Shown: positions 1-12,890 of the stretch, one piece after another
Layout of the letters: each line of letters starts with the position of its first letter
Position numbering within the stretch: position 1 is the first letter of the stretch
Assembly: GCA_002633005.1 (NCBI GenBank)
Contig: NMRA01000432.1
Location: 64,942 to 128,941 of the forward strand
From: Phoronis australis
Taxonomy: Eukaryota > Animalia > Phoronida
Direction: 5' to 3'
Length of the DNA stretch: 64,000 nucleotides
Translations under genes and position numbers: made by a program
Notes under the pieces: generated by a model
Database searches by the model: none
What the model was told of the DNA's origin: nothing
The model's input: the letters and a program-made list of their open reading frames with translations, nothing else

Positions 1-174
1 AAAGTTATTGGAAATCTCTCCGATCTGTTTGAGAAAGTCAACTTTAAGTCAACATGCGCGTGGCTGCAAAAACACGCTTACATGTAATTTGCCGTAGAAT
101 GGCACAATAATGAAATTTCACAACCTCATCCGGAGAGGAATGTCCTCTAACTCGGAGATCGAAACCATACTTAC

Positions 175-483
175 ATCTCACGACTAACTTCACAGTTCCT
201 GTCACAGCACGGGCCATTTGTCTCAAGTTAGGTGTTCTTATGGCAGAGCACGTCAACTCCTTCCCATTGTGCTTTTCTTCCACCGTCAGCTGGAGCTGGC
301 TGTTATAATTGTCGTGGTAGTTGGTGGGATCTGCAACCGGCGTACCGTGCGACCACGTTACCGTCACGCCGGGGTACACTTCGAAAATAGTGCATGTCAA
401 CTTCAACGTTTCTGCGGCGTTGACGATCACGGTCGGCTTTCTCTTCTTGGATAGATCAAGAATGTACACTGCTTTGGGCCCAT
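175..483 (-). CDS. Ig-like domain exon (third Ig) of the WSC-Ig gene
   Basis: ttttcag acceptor, gtaagt donor, 309 nt, phase 1-1. Reads (Y)GPKAVY...LKLTCTIFEVYPGVTVTWSHG...SQLQLTVEEKHNGKELTCSA, with the Ig C-W-C pattern. Confidence 0.88.
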
Positions 484-527
484 CTGAAAACGAAATACCC
501 ACCCTTTACAGCCAACTTTCCTCTTCG

Positions 528-594
<67 letters not shown>
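528..594. repeat. (TA)n(TG)n microsatellite abutting the 3' end of the left Penelope-like copy
   Basis: Directly visible. Confidence 0.95.
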
Positions 595-596
<2 letters not shown>

Positions 597-1328
597 CATT
601 GAAAAGTAAGCTGTTCTTGGCTTTAATTAGTTTGTACACTAAACTTTCGTAGTGTCTACACAAGTGTCTTTCATTGAATGGTAGTTGATATAGAGGATCA
701 CCCAGTGTAAATGGAGTCACGAACAGATATATATGAGTAAATATGTAATACAATTATGTACAAAACATTTCATAATAAAACAGTAGCGGTACTTCGACTA
801 TACATCAGTCATCAAAGGCAAATAAATTTAAGAATCATAAACGCTATCGTGTAAGATACATGAAGCAAGAACAATGACATTAAACACGACTATAAGGTTG
901 CATACATAAGAGCGCAATTACAGAAGGAATTGTCATGGAAACTAATGTATTATGAAACATTGCAAAAATTTAATAGAATACATAGGTGTTACAAGTTATG
1001 GACATTATTTATACAACGACAAGGTACGATGGAACCCAGTATCTTGGGAATTTATGTCAGGAGTTTCAGTTTTTATTATTAAAGTTCGAGTATTTTCAAA
1101 CGAAAGGAGTCACGTTCGAAATACCTGACAATGGTATTGTCAACAATATCTGAACGAGCAATTTTCTGTTTGTGGAGTGTTTGGAAGTGATCTTAAATTG
1201 ATCCATTCTGTAAATGCATAGATAACCGGCGAGATAAAGCGCAAGTTGTATAACCAAAATACCTTGAGCAATCAGCGTTTGAACGAATACATTCGTTGTG
1301 GGGGCAATTGAACTAATAAATCAAGTCA
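595..1328 (-). mobile_element. Penelope-like retroelement, 5'-truncated copy (GIY-YIG 3' part plus pseudo-LTR)
   Basis: Reverse complement of about 1645-2305. Its tail encodes LGDPLYQLPFNERHLCRHYESLVYKLIKAKNSLLFNET, resembling the PLE ORF N-terminus carried in the pLTR. Confidence 0.8.
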
Positions 1329-2305
1329 AGTAAGCTGTTCTTGGCTTTAATTAGTTTGTACAACAAACTTTCGTAGTGTCTACACAAGTGTCTTTCATCG
1401 GTTGCAGAAGCCTATGTGTTTAAAACAAGCAAGTGGTTGTACCAAGAAACTATTCTACCGCAACCAATTCCATTCACGTTATATTGAAGACGAACAAGTA
1501 TTAAAACAAATCATCCATAATAATGTTAAGACCGTTAAGCCAGAAGATAGCTTTAAGTTAATTATATATTACCAAAACCATAAAACTAAAGATCTTGTTG
1601 TTAAAAACAATACTTGCTCAAAGTCTGTCCAAGTGTTAGCCAAAACTGACTTGATTTATCAGTTCAATTGCCTCCACAACGAATGTATTCGTTCAAACAC
1701 TGATTGCTCAAGGTATGTTGGTTATACAACTTGCGCTTTATCTCGCCGGTTATCTATGCATTTACAGAATGGATCAATTAAAGATCACTTCCAAACACTC
1801 CACAAACAGAAAATTTCTCGTTCAGATATTGTTGAAAGTACCATCGTCAGGTATTTCGAACGTGACTCCTTTCGTTTGAAAATACTCGAAGCTTTAATAA
1901 TAAAAACTGAAACTCCTGATATAAATTCCCAAGATACTGGGTTCCATCGTACCTTGTCGTTATATAAATAATGTCCATAAGTTGTAACACCTATGTATTT
2001 TATTAAATTTTATAACGTTTCATAGTACATTGGTTTCCATGACAATTCCTTCTGTAATTGCGCTCTTATGTATGCAACTTTATATTCGTGTTTAATGTCA
2101 TTGTTCTTGTTTCATGTATCTTACACGATAGCGATAGCGTTTATGATTTTTAAATTTATTTACTCATATATATGTGTTCGTGATGCCACTTACACTGGGC
2201 GATCTATTATATCAACTACCATCCGATGAAAGACACTTGTGTAGACACTACGAAAGTTTGTTGTACAAACTAATTAAAGCAAAGAACAGCTTACTTTGCA
2301 ATGGA
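1329..2305 (+). mobile_element. Penelope-like retroelement, 5'-truncated, with a short inverted tail copy at its 5' end
   Basis: 1329-1401 is an inverted copy of about 2223-2295; the element contains a GIY-YIG ORF; its 3' end abuts a microsatellite. Confidence 0.82.
1402..1971 (+). CDS. Truncated Penelope-like ORF: linker plus GIY-YIG endonuclease with CCHH motif
   Basis: LIYQFNCLHNEC...YVGYTTCALSRRLSMHLQNGSIKDH...LKILEALII...PDINSQ matches the PLE C-terminal GIY-YIG pattern. Confidence 0.82.
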   Translation: MQKPMCLKQASGCTKKLFYRNQFHSRYIEDEQVLKQIIHNNVKTVKPEDSFKLIIYYQNHKTKDLVVKNNTCSKSVQVLAKTDLIYQFNCLHNECIRSNTDCSRYVGYTTCALSRRLSMHLQNGSIKDHFQTLHKQKISRSDIVESTIVRYFERDSFRLKILEALIIKTETPDINSQDTGFHRTLSLYK

Positions 2306-2306
2306 A

Positions 2307-2353
2307 CATATACATACATATACATATACATATACGTATACGTATACGTATAC

Positions 2354-2388
<35 letters not shown>
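2307..2388. repeat. Compound (TA)n/(TACATA)n/(TACGTA)n microsatellite
   Basis: Directly visible. Confidence 0.95.
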
Positions 2389-2391
<3 letters not shown>

Positions 2392-2879
2392 CCGTCCACA
2401 GCTACCACTGCCTGCCAGGAACATGCTACTTATTAGGTTGCTTGTTGGTAGTTTCATCTTTCTTCATAACATGCGTGCCTGCTCCTTGGATGTTTGGGGT
2501 CTCCTGTTTAACGCGTATTGTTTACTCTGTATTGTTTGGTGGTACAGACTACTGTGGCATAAGGGGATGCAAATTATCTCACTCAGGAGTCGGTCGAAAA
2601 GGTTAGTGTCTCTCTAGATAATGTTTTCATCGTAAATCATTCCACCTTGCTGAAGTATTTTTTTAATCATCAACTAACGGCCGACCGCTTTCCCCGGTAA
2701 TCGCAAGCTATCGGAAGATTTTCGAACAGCTTCATGAAATTGGCCGGCGGTCCAATGATGAGCAGATTGTCCACTGAATGAAATTACTTGACTGGTCTTT
2801 CATTGCTCGATCTCCAGTTGACGTCCAAGCGACTTGAACACACAAAATGAATGGTTTTGCAGGAGCGAATAAGACCGCA

Positions 2880-2990
2880 GTAACATCTGAGCAAAACACC
2901 AAGTGGCAGGCTTATTGTAGATTTTTCAAAGGCTTTCGATAAGATCCCACACGAAGTGCTTTGGTTTCATCTCCAAAAACTGGGATCCGC
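2880..2990 (+). mobile_element. Non-LTR retrotransposon reverse transcriptase fragment
   Basis: Translates to VDFSKAFDKIPHEVLWFHLQKLG, the conserved LINE RT motif DFxKAFD. Confidence 0.7.
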
Positions 2991-4910
2991 AACCGGAGTA
3001 GCGTGCGATATGTCACATCTTTTCTCATGGAAAAACTGGTCAATTGATCCGTTTGGTTTTATTCGAGATAATTTCTTTCCGTTCTTCAGTGATTCTGTTT
3101 TCAAGAAATTATTTGAATACCGTAAATTGCACGCTGCAATGTCATCCACTTTATCAAATTTGTGGGAAAAGATTTTCGTACATTATCACGGCATTACGGC
3201 ACACGAGGACAACCGATACGCATTGTGGAGAGAAAGGTGACTTCAGTAGCAATTTCATCTTTAGTACACATCGCCAATGCAAAAACACTCCACTTGTTTT
3301 CCATTATTTTTAGTTGTGAAATAGTTCTGTCAAACAAATATACCCCTAATAGATAAGAATCTTCTCTGCTGATTTGAGTATAGATTATGCATTAAGTCAT
3401 TCCAAGCTTTCAGTGATGTCAGACCGGTGTTTACGAGGTTACAATCCGTTCCACAATGCATTTGAAAATCGAATCTCATCAGCGCTACTAGTATACGTTT
3501 TGCTGTAGATGAGATAACCCAAATTCTAACCATTAATCTGCAATTGAACCAATATTATTCTAAGAAAAAAGCTACAGAAAATCATTCAAATAAGAGACAT
3601 CTGTAATGCTAAACTACAAATACGTAGTTTGGTGGTGAACTTCTGACCCAATGACGAGACTCAACTGATAACACAGAGTCTGAGTTTGAGACTAAACCCG
3701 TCTGAAAATCGACTAATTGCTACGGATTGCAATCACATTAAGAATGCGTCACGTTTCGTTTAAATCCGATAATATGCTATTCATATATCATCTTGGAACT
3801 CTTTCCCCCAAAATTGCTAATAACCTCACATCTCTAGCCTGGGGGCGGGTTAACTGAAAAGTGACATGCCCCGCGCCTCTGATGCCTTACATCTTGCTGC
3901 CAAAATCCAACCGACCTTTTTGAGTTCGAGATGGCAACCGTGCACCCAAACTTACAATGTACACGTGAGGGCACTCAGAAATCACTCGTTCATACCTGAT
4001 AACAAAACTTAAACGGGGACATCTTTCGAGCATCGCTGGATATGAGACGAATGTCTAAGTCACATCACGTATCCGTCATCAATCATAACCTTGGACATTC
4101 CGAAGTAATTTCCTAATTCATTGACCTGGTCTTTATTCATTTTCATTGAAATTAAGGCTCAGTTTTCATACATTTACAGAAATCTCGACAAGTAAAATAG
4201 AAGCACACAATGAAGAATTGATGGACTAACATTAGTGAGTAAACAATGTCAGCAAATGCGCTTAACGCTTAGGGAACGTAGTGGGGTTCCCATTGGAACT
4301 GTTTCATGTAACCTTGCAGAGAGGGGTGGCATCAGCAGAGTACATGAACTCCTAAGATAAGCACAACAAGTACAAGATTACTGGAGATCTCCACTTAGGA
4401 GAAAAGAAGTTTAGATTTCTTGCTTGTGTAGCGTATTTAGAATACACGACAAAACACAAACAATCGCAGACAACCTGTGCTTTCAGAAGTGCCGGCTGTG
4501 GAAGCTGAGTGCGCTGGGCTGAGGGAGATGCATATTTTGTACTGGAGTATATGATGTGAGTGTGTTTTTAAGCCTGCACTCAAGAACAAAACAAACTGTG
4601 ACACTTATCACCACATAATAGAAAATTGTCACTAACGATAACGTAAAAAGGATCAACGGCAATAAGCATAACGGGAATACATCTACATTAACATCTAACA
4701 CGATAGAGTTATTGTCAAGCGTATCAAAGAAGATGTATTTTTAACTAAAACGTCATTCCATAGTTTGTTTCGATTAAATGCAAAGATTCTACTTCCTTTC
4801 TCATCTAGACACTTTATACATTTACACACATTATCCGTGTACGCTCGGTTGCATTAAACCGCATTAAGTATATTTAGACCCATGAGCCCATATGCGATAA
4901 AGGCACTCAC

Positions 4911-5109
4911 AGTGTAGATCCAGCACCAAGTTGTTGAACGCGGATTTTCCAGTGACCAAGTTCCTGACAATGCATTTCACGTAGTACAATCCCTTTGCAG
5001 CAGTGAACTCTGCCTGACTGGTGTATACTTTGAAACTATTAACGCCGTCTTTCACTCTTTCCTCGTGTAGAACGAGTTTGCTTGGTTCGTATTCCCACTC
5101 GATCGTTCC
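4911..5109 (-). CDS. Second half of the second Ig domain of the WSC-Ig gene
   Basis: aag acceptor, gtgagt donor, 199 nt, phase 0-1. GTIEWEYEP...GLYYVKCIVRNLVTGKS. Confidence 0.75.
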
Positions 5110-5880
5110 CTTTTCAACGAGAGAATAATATAAGTGATTCGCATATGATGCTATTTTTCGAGCAAATTATGCTTTTTGCTAACAGGGTACCACTAGACGA
5201 TAAAGGGTGTATTGAGTGGGCCGCGGATAACCATAATTTTCGAAATAAAAATATGGGAATTTCAGCTTAACACCTACAAATGACATGCCGATGACGTTTG
5301 TGGTAATGCCCATAGGAGTGGTGCCCCTCGCCCTCCTCAAATCCGCCCACACGTAAGGGATACCCAGCACGAAATAAGTATCACATTGACAATAAAACAG
5401 TACGATGCCTTGCTACCAGCAGTACTTCATTTGACTTATATTCTCGGCCACTTCAACAGCTTGATTAGACCTCTAAACTTGCAAAAATTCTGCTCAGAGC
5501 ATAACATTCATAAGCCCCATAACTTGGTGAACAATAAGACGCACAATTTCAATAAAAACGACATCTTTAACTCGAAGAAATTTATCTGTCATTTTCTTTC
5601 ACTTGTAAATCATCGATTTCCAGTTTAAATGTGGGTAGCATGTCGTCGGGATATGCGAGAGTCGAGAAAGGTAGATCGATTCATTGCAATGTTTATAGTT
5701 CAGTATCTGGTATAAATAGATTATTGCACATTATCAGTTATCCCCCTTTAGTTATCTAGATTACGGAGGATAACGTATTTTCCCTATAATCATCTATATG
5801 TATTTATCAACAGGAAAATGACGTCAATGGATACTCTGTCACAATTGTATAAAATTGTAACACAATGCAGATATACTTAC

Positions 5881-6005
5881 GTTCGGCGATACATTATCGC
5901 TCTTGCAGGTCAGACTAAATTTCTCTCCTTCACACACCGTCATTTTCGACATGGAAGCATATTTTATTCCATTTCCGTCTTCCAGTAGAACGTCGTTTGG
6001 CCCAT
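5881..6005 (-). CDS. First half of the second Ig domain of the WSC-Ig gene (absent from the ORF track)
   Basis: tgcag acceptor, gtaagt donor, 125 nt, phase 1-0. (Y)GPNDVLLEDGNGIKYASMSKMTVCEGEKFSLTCKSDNVSPN. Confidence 0.82.
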
Positions 6006-6331
6006 CTGCAATAATTTGAACTAAATGCTGACGAAACTTTATTCTAAAAGACCAACTAGAAAGCAGCTACCTTGGTAACTATACACCAGCGAAGAAATGA
6101 CATACTTGGAAGCTATGCTAATGAACAGATTCCTGATGCTAACTTATCCACGCTACAGCAAAATGGTTCCTATGAATTTGGGATCCGCATCATATCCATA
6201 GGGCTCCTCGAAAGTTATGGCCATCTATGAAAGGTGGAAAATACATCGACCATAGCTTGAAGACGATTGGCGAACGGGTAAAAAATTTATGACGAATTCA
6301 TGGTGGCTTCTCAAATAACTGCCATACACAA

Positions 6332-6475
6332 CAGTGGAGGATTTAGGGGGGACAAGGGGGCCATGGCGGCCCCACACATTCTCCCATATTCCATTTGGCA
6401 GTTCGGGGTTGCGAATGTCTCACGGACCAATACTCTGCCCTGCCCCCCTAACTCAAAATCCTTTATCCGTCCATG
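6332..6475. mobile_element. Short MITE-like element
   Basis: Imperfect terminal inverted repeats cagtggaggattt ... cctttatccgtccatg around a G/C-run-rich interior. Confidence 0.45.
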
Positions 6476-6555
6476 TACAATGGCAGCGAAGACGTCGCTT
6501 CAAAAAAGATTTAGTTCTTTTAATTCTGTCATACTAAAATCCTGAAAATATTTAC

Positions 6556-6903
6556 AGAAAACGTGCACTAGCAACGAGGCTGTCTTTTTCTTGAAGTCTG
6601 GTGCGTCACTGGACAAAGAGCAATCTACGACGAGGTCGGTACACTTGACAGTGTTTGTAAAAACGACTTTTTTCGACACGAACTCGCCCCATTCACAACT
6701 GGTTCGGATTTCGTTCTCATTTGAATTTTGGATGCAGGTGTCTCTTTGCCCACTTCTCTCGGTTACCTCCAAAGAAGCGCGTTTATACGTGCACCCGCTT
6801 TGGCACATTAAAACTCCCGTGCTTCCTTTGTATGTGATATAGGAGCCACCTAAATTGTCCTTCTTCGCAGCATCGTTGGTGAAATATACTTCATCAGGAC
6901 CAC
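6556..6903 (-). CDS. First (divergent, Cys-rich) Ig-like domain exon of the WSC-Ig gene
   Basis: tttag acceptor, gtaaat donor, 348 nt, phase 1-1. (R)GPDEVYF...GVLMCQSGC...LVVDCSLSS...ASLLVHVF. Confidence 0.75.
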
Positions 6904-7099
6904 CTAAACAAGAAGAAAAATGCGGATATTTGAAATGCGCCACGCAGCATCGCAAACAGTATGCTTCTAGGTGTGCTTATTGGCATCATAAAATGGCCAC
7001 TAAATTGCGCAAAGTACGTCAAACCTCGCCGAAAATGAGAAGATGAGTAGTCTGGTCCATTCATCTGGTGTAACGTTAACAGGAACACAATTGCCATTG

Positions 7100-8485
7100 T
7101 TCAGGATCTTGGTGGGACTTTTAAGTGATACTCCTACAGATGCACATGCTTGCCACTAGGGGCACCACAGTTCTCAGACCCATCCGAAAAACAACGTAAG
7201 CCAAGGTCTTTTGCTCAGGAACACAAACACATTCTTTGAGCAATTTGCCTGATAAAATGGCAAACACCAAAAGCCGGACTCAAAATAATAAAAATAGTCA
7301 CTAGGTGCTGCAAATCACATGTACAGTTAAGTCGAATCCGTTCAAAAATGGACATGGATTTGTTACCTTCCTAACAAAAAACCTTTTTCCAAATTTCTGG
7401 AAAATCTACCGAAAAAATTAAAGATACATATGGAAATGGAAACATGTAAATGTCACCACAAGCAGCACAGTTGTCGGATTTGTCTGAGACTCGTCGTCAT
7501 CCGTTGTCAGCTAAATTTGTCAAATTTGACAAAGATCCTGCAAAGGTTTGGGAGATACAGCCGCGGAGTGACGCAAAAAATGTCACTAGCGAACCCATAG
7601 AGGAACTTGTCCGAAACCCGGTGTCAGCCACTATCTTCTCAACGTAAATACATCTGCTAATAGTCAGAGGCAGACTCCAAAAGCGGACTCAAAAACTTAA
7701 TCAAAATAGTCACTAAGTAACGTAAAATCCATACGAAAATTTGGAAGGTGTCGTCACCGCCCCAGTTCCATACACACGTAAGTTCGGACGAATACGGCAG
7801 TACCGGAAAGTCTGCCAGATAAAGATCCAGGATGAACTGTGTCAATTTTGAGCTTTGACGGTCTTTGGACGACTCTGGTGTCAACGACAGAAACACGGAA
7901 TGGGCACGAGCCCTACACCGATGGCCGTGGAACTCCCCAAACAATAACGGCAGGACGACGGATAAACACAGCAAAGACATGGGAAGCCCCGGATGACTGA
8001 ACATTGACCAACACAGCGGCTACACGGACCACCCCACATGTCCTTATCACCCGTGTTCACCACGGACGAACACGACAGTTTTGAAATCCCAAACTGCTGT
8101 CTTACGGTGTTGGCTTCTCGGGATTCCAAGGACCTTACAAAACGTTCCAGGACAAGCAGTGATTGCAACTGACTATTACGTGCACGGCGGCTAAACGGCT
8201 CACGCGCCAGGTCGTACCAGATATGATCCGTGAGACTGAGGCGTAAGCAGAAACCTAAATGCACAATTTCAAGAAAATCCATCAAGGAACTCCAAACCTA
8301 AAACAGTTAATTTGTCGCTAGGGGACAGAGCGTTTGTGGTATCGGTACGAAACTCGTCGTCATCTGTAGTCAGCTCCATAGGAAGAGCCGGCAAGGGGCT
8401 TAGGGGATAAAGCAGCGGATGGCGGATGCCCAGACAGAGATGACGGCAATATGCACCCGTATATGTATATCTGGGCACATGAAAA
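7100..8485 (-). mobile_element. Old HINE (Helentron/DINE-1-like) copy interrupted by a LINE fragment
   Basis: The minus strand at 8485 reads tttcatgtgcccagatat...gggtgcatattgccgtcatctctgtctgggcatccg, the family 5' end. tgccactaggggcac near 7151 is the reverse complement of the internal motif. The left boundary is approximate. Confidence 0.65.
7745..8240 (-). mobile_element. Degenerate LINE ORF2 3'-end fragment
   Basis: GC-richer insert whose frameshifted peptides DHIWYDLAREPFSRRA and KLTQFILD resemble C-termini of invertebrate LINE ORF2s. Confidence 0.45.
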
Positions 8486-8832
8486 TTGTTCACCAACAGT
8501 TTCTTTCTTAAATATAGGGGTTTATTTTGGGAAGACAACTCTTGCTTGTACTTTTACTGTCTCTGTAGCCTCCGAAAAACCCAAAGCCTCATAACGCACT
8601 CTACATATTTAACATTCTAAGCTCAGGAGCAGCTGGTAAGAAGTAAAGAAATCGACCTTTTTGAAAAAAGTTTGTACCCACAAACGCTTGCAGTGACCAC
8701 TATGGGAATCCTAGGCAAGACTTTTGACAGAATGGGCTCAGGGTGTGTAGGCCACCCTCGCGTAGCATAGATTTACGTCACATTCTAATAAAAAAGCATT
8801 TGCTGTGCTGCTCAATAAATGGGAACACTTAC

Positions 8833-9082
8833 GGATGTCCTTTTTGCCCACGTACATGACAACAGACACTTGACCACTGGACGCAGAAATATCGCCACAA
8901 GGCTGAAACATGAGCCCTGGACAAGTGTGGGCATTGCACGCACTGTCCCGTAGCTTCTTATAGGGCATTACAGAAGTGCAACGACACACAGGAAACGAGA
9001 CCACGGCGAAAGTAGCATCGCCTTTTACGCAGTACCGTACGCACATGACCAACGTGAACGGCTCCGTAGATAGTTCGGTGAC
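8833..9082 (-). CDS. WSC domain exon (main part)
   Basis: tgttag acceptor, gtaagt donor, 250 nt, phase 0-1. VTELSTEPFTLVMCVRYCVKGDATFAVVSFPVCRCTSVMPYKKLRDSACNAHTCPGLMFQPCG...VMY shows the WSC pattern T-xxx-C-xxx-C...CxC...C-xxxx-CxG...CG...Y. Confidence 0.82.
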
Positions 9083-9847
9083 CTAACACAAGAGACGGTA
9101 AGTAACCATGTCTGTTAGCTGTCTGTACACAGTTGACGTTTATTGCTTTGGAGATAGATATTGTCATAAAGTAACATGTTCCGAAGCAAATATGCAAATA
9201 ATTTTACCAGGCCTTGTGTGGCCTTTCAAGAACGTAGGTGTATATAAAAATAAGCATATCACGAAGAGTATTCAATAGCCTTCAGAATTAAAAGAATTGT
9301 GTATTTGACAGCCCTTTTCAAAAATGGAAAGAATAGCATGTAAAAGATATTAATAATTCAATCTCTGTCAATTATTCAATTATCAAATAGTTAAGTCGTT
9401 GTTAATGTTTTTATCCGAAGTCTATCTCGTTAAAGGCACACCACACCCGGTTTTGGCCTATTATAAGATCTCAATACGCTTTGTTATATCACTAGAGTTG
9501 AGACTTTACCATCGCAATTAACAGGGCTTTTCTGCTGTTTACACATCAACAAGAATAGCATCTTTTCGATCGCAGAGTCGCACAAAAATGCAGATGAACC
9601 AACAAGACACATTGCGAAGTAAAGTAAAGCTCAACTTGTGTCCAATAAAATCAAACACGCAAGACTTGCAGAATCCTTCCTATTCTGGGATTGTAAGCCT
9701 TCAATCGATTCTAATTAATTTGCAGAATAGCAAGATTAGCAATAAGCAACGCGAGGTCAAACTAGTGGCAAATAAGTGAACACACGTCATCATGATACTC
9801 AGTACTAAATAACAATAATACTCGTGTTCATGGCAATTCCAATTTAC

Positions 9848-9906
9848 CTTTTTCTCGCTCAAGGAATTAGACGCAGTGTTGGAGCCATCCCAGCATCCAA
9901 TTATAC
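9848..9906 (-). CDS. WSC domain N-terminal micro-exon
   Basis: ttcttgcag acceptor, gtaaat donor, 59 nt, phase 1-0. (R)IIGCWDGSNTASNSLSEKK supplies the WSC 'GC[YFW]' start. Confidence 0.78.
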
Positions 9907-12890
9907 CTGCAAGAAAAAGAGACGTGAAAAAGTGTGATTGAATGAATGGCCGGATTACCGCGACATGTTTAATTTTTCAGCAGACCAAATACCCCGGTAA
10001 TACCGTGTTACAAATAAATCTTATGTCTGAAGTTTGCATAAAGACCATTTTACGCTTGCAAATAGACCAACAGAAACCTCATGGTCTTGAGCTGGTGCTG
10101 CCAATGTATCTTGGGCTTTACCGATAAGCAAATGGAACGTCATTCATTCTGTTGGGCATAGGTAGCTCTCCAAATTGACAAAATTCTCGAGGTGTCTAAG
10201 TTCATGTAGGACCCTAGAAAATGGTCAACTTCGGAACATAATGTCTCATATACTAAGCTTGATACGCTGTTCATCAAAACCACATTTACATGAAAGACTA
10301 TCAAAAGTATGATTTTGTAAAAAAATAAAAGTTTCCTGAAACAAAAACAAGGAGAGAAAATTTGCTCATGCAATTGATCCCTTTGTCTTGACAAGAATGT
10401 ATTGTTCTTTTTTGCTAATTTTTACAGAAAAGCATGCCTGTCACATGAGTTTATTAATGGCATATTAGTATAAAATCAATAATCAATTTCTACGGAATTT
10501 CATAACGTGTCATTTTGATGCGTTACATTCAATGTATTGCAGATTTTTGGCAAAATTCAGTCTTGCCAATAAGGTCCTACAAAATTATCTAAACCATTTA
10601 GCATACGATGCATGCACATTTAGCAGACTTTACCAAGAGTTTCGAGGTGAGTAAGTACTCATTCATCTCTCCCGGAGCAACTATCCAGAAGGTACAACTC
10701 GTATTATGTAGCTTGTTTGTCTACATACGGCTTATAGAACAATGTATTCACCGGTTGACAAGGCTGGACCAGCGACATGAATACAGTACAGAAAAATTTA
10801 TCGGCGAGAAAAGTGGTTTTCTAAGTTCATAACCTTAGCGATCGCATCCACTGCTTTATTTTTAAATGGCTCAGAATTTTAAACGTATTTGACTGCCAAA
10901 GTAATCGACGTTGATTTTAGCGAATTGGTTGGTAGACAATGATGAGAATTGGCTATTTGTAATAAAAACATACATGTAGCACAATTTATTGATAAAAACA
11001 ACCACGGTTTTAAATCGATTAAAAACCGTGGTTGTTTTTATTAATATATGCTGCTACTTGTTATCATGGAGATAGCACAATTTGCTGTTACTTCTGGTCA
11101 CAGCTAATATCTTCAAGAAGTCTATCCCCAAAAATGCGATTAAATCAAACGAATTCTACCCTATCAAGACAAAGATTTTAGAATATGTATCCTTCACAGT
11201 TAGGCAGGCATTCATCCAAAATAATACTTCTTTTTATATAAATTGGACCTTTGGCGCCGTTTGATACTGTTCTTCAGTAAAATTTCAGGCAGCACTGATA
11301 TTAGAAGAAGAAATGTGATGAACTAAATACTCCATCTACGTGTCCGAAATTTGCAAATAAAGAGTTTCTGTTAGATAAAAAATGAGCAAATATCTATTGT
11401 GTAGATTTGAAATGCACTGTAGATAGATTATTACATAGACTGCAGTGTAGGACTCTCTATAGAAGTTTTTAAGTAAAATCATTTCTTCAGAAAGTAAAAT
11501 TAGTGATCCTAATACATCCGTTACCGTGAGCAACAGGCACTAGAACACATTTTTACAGAGGCTGGTCTACAGGGGTTCAAGGGGCTCAACCCCCCCCCCT
11601 CGGGACACGATCAAAAAATACAAATTGAAAAAAAAATCGGCAGAAAAATGAAATCAGCTGCTAATTAAAACCACAAAAAATCTTACACGGGAGGGGGTTC
11701 CCCCTCCAGACCTTCCTTTCGCTCGGCGCTACGCGCCACGGNCCCCCCCCCCCCCCCACTGAAAACGTAGATCTGCCATTGTTTTATGATTGTTAAGTCA
11801 CTATGTCAGGTCTTGAAATAAGCAACTCATGACACGGAAACAAATGAACACCTGCTCCATGGTTGTCAACATTCGAGAATGAAAAAACGGGACATTGAAT
11901 TGAAAAACAGGACATTCGGAGACAAAGCGGTGCATCTGGGTCTATGTCAAAACGCTGTCGGGCGGGATGCCGAGAAAAATTCAAAAAGTGGTATTGCCCA
12001 CCAAGAGCGGGACAATTGTCAGCAACACAAAGTATTGGATTGAATTTTTACAAGGTAAACTTTTCATTTTTAAGCTACATTTCATGTAAATACTGCAGAT
12101 AACATTCACCGCTCAGAAATAAAAAAGTATTTAGGCAACAGGTAAATATTGCAGTAATGAATTATTATAGAATTGAAAACAGTAATACTCTAGGCCAACA
12201 CAAATACACATGCGCGCACTAAGCTAAGCTAAGCTAACCTACGCTAAGCTAAACTTGGAAAGTACATGTAGTTTTTTAAAGTTACTTAAACACAAATGTT
12301 AGAAGGGTCTAAACTTTTCATTTATAATTGCAAAACAAGCACACTGAAACCAAAAGTCACTTCTTTCCTTAAAATATTGTAACATGATTTTAAAACCCCA
12401 AAATGTCATGTTGAAAAACTCCTAGCACGTAATTTGATAGGTTCTCAAAAGAGGTTCTAAGACTGAAGATGAAAAAATGTCAGAGGCTAGACTATTCCCG
12501 GTATCCGACCAGTGCCACGGGTAAGTGCGCATACAGAATGACCAATGTAATTGTCTGATTTTCTGTATAGTTCTGCAGGTGAATCGTTGTTTAGAACCGT
12601 AGATCAAGAGTCTCGGTTGATGAACAAAAATATCAAAATGAAAACGAAGCAATGAAATTATGCATAATTGATTTGACAGCTAGAACACCCGATCAAAACT
12701 CAGTCGAGCAGACTGCCGGAAATTTACAGTCTAAACTTTCATGTGTAGTGTCGGGGTCGTAAGCTCTAATAATTGAATATTATTGATTACGTGAGGGAGT
12801 TAACATTCCGGGACTAGAGCTCTTTGTGACTGTACGCAAAAACAGACTATATCATCCAGTAGCTGTGTTTTTTCAGCCCTGTTTACTTAC

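Noticed and set aside
2036-2110. SECIS element in the Penelope-like 3' region (some Naiad elements are selenoproteins)
   Set aside because: An ATGA is present, but I could not identify a paired GA quartet or stem, and the visible ORF has no in-frame TGA.
3890-3995. Possible extra minus-strand exon of the WSC-Ig gene
   Set aside because: Open only in phase 2-2, which is incompatible with the flanking phase-1 intron, and has no Ig features.
5110-5370. Apparent in-frame stops suggesting the Ig gene is a pseudogene
   Set aside because: The stops lie in the intron once the acceptor at the 5109 exon edge is joined to exon 5881-6005.
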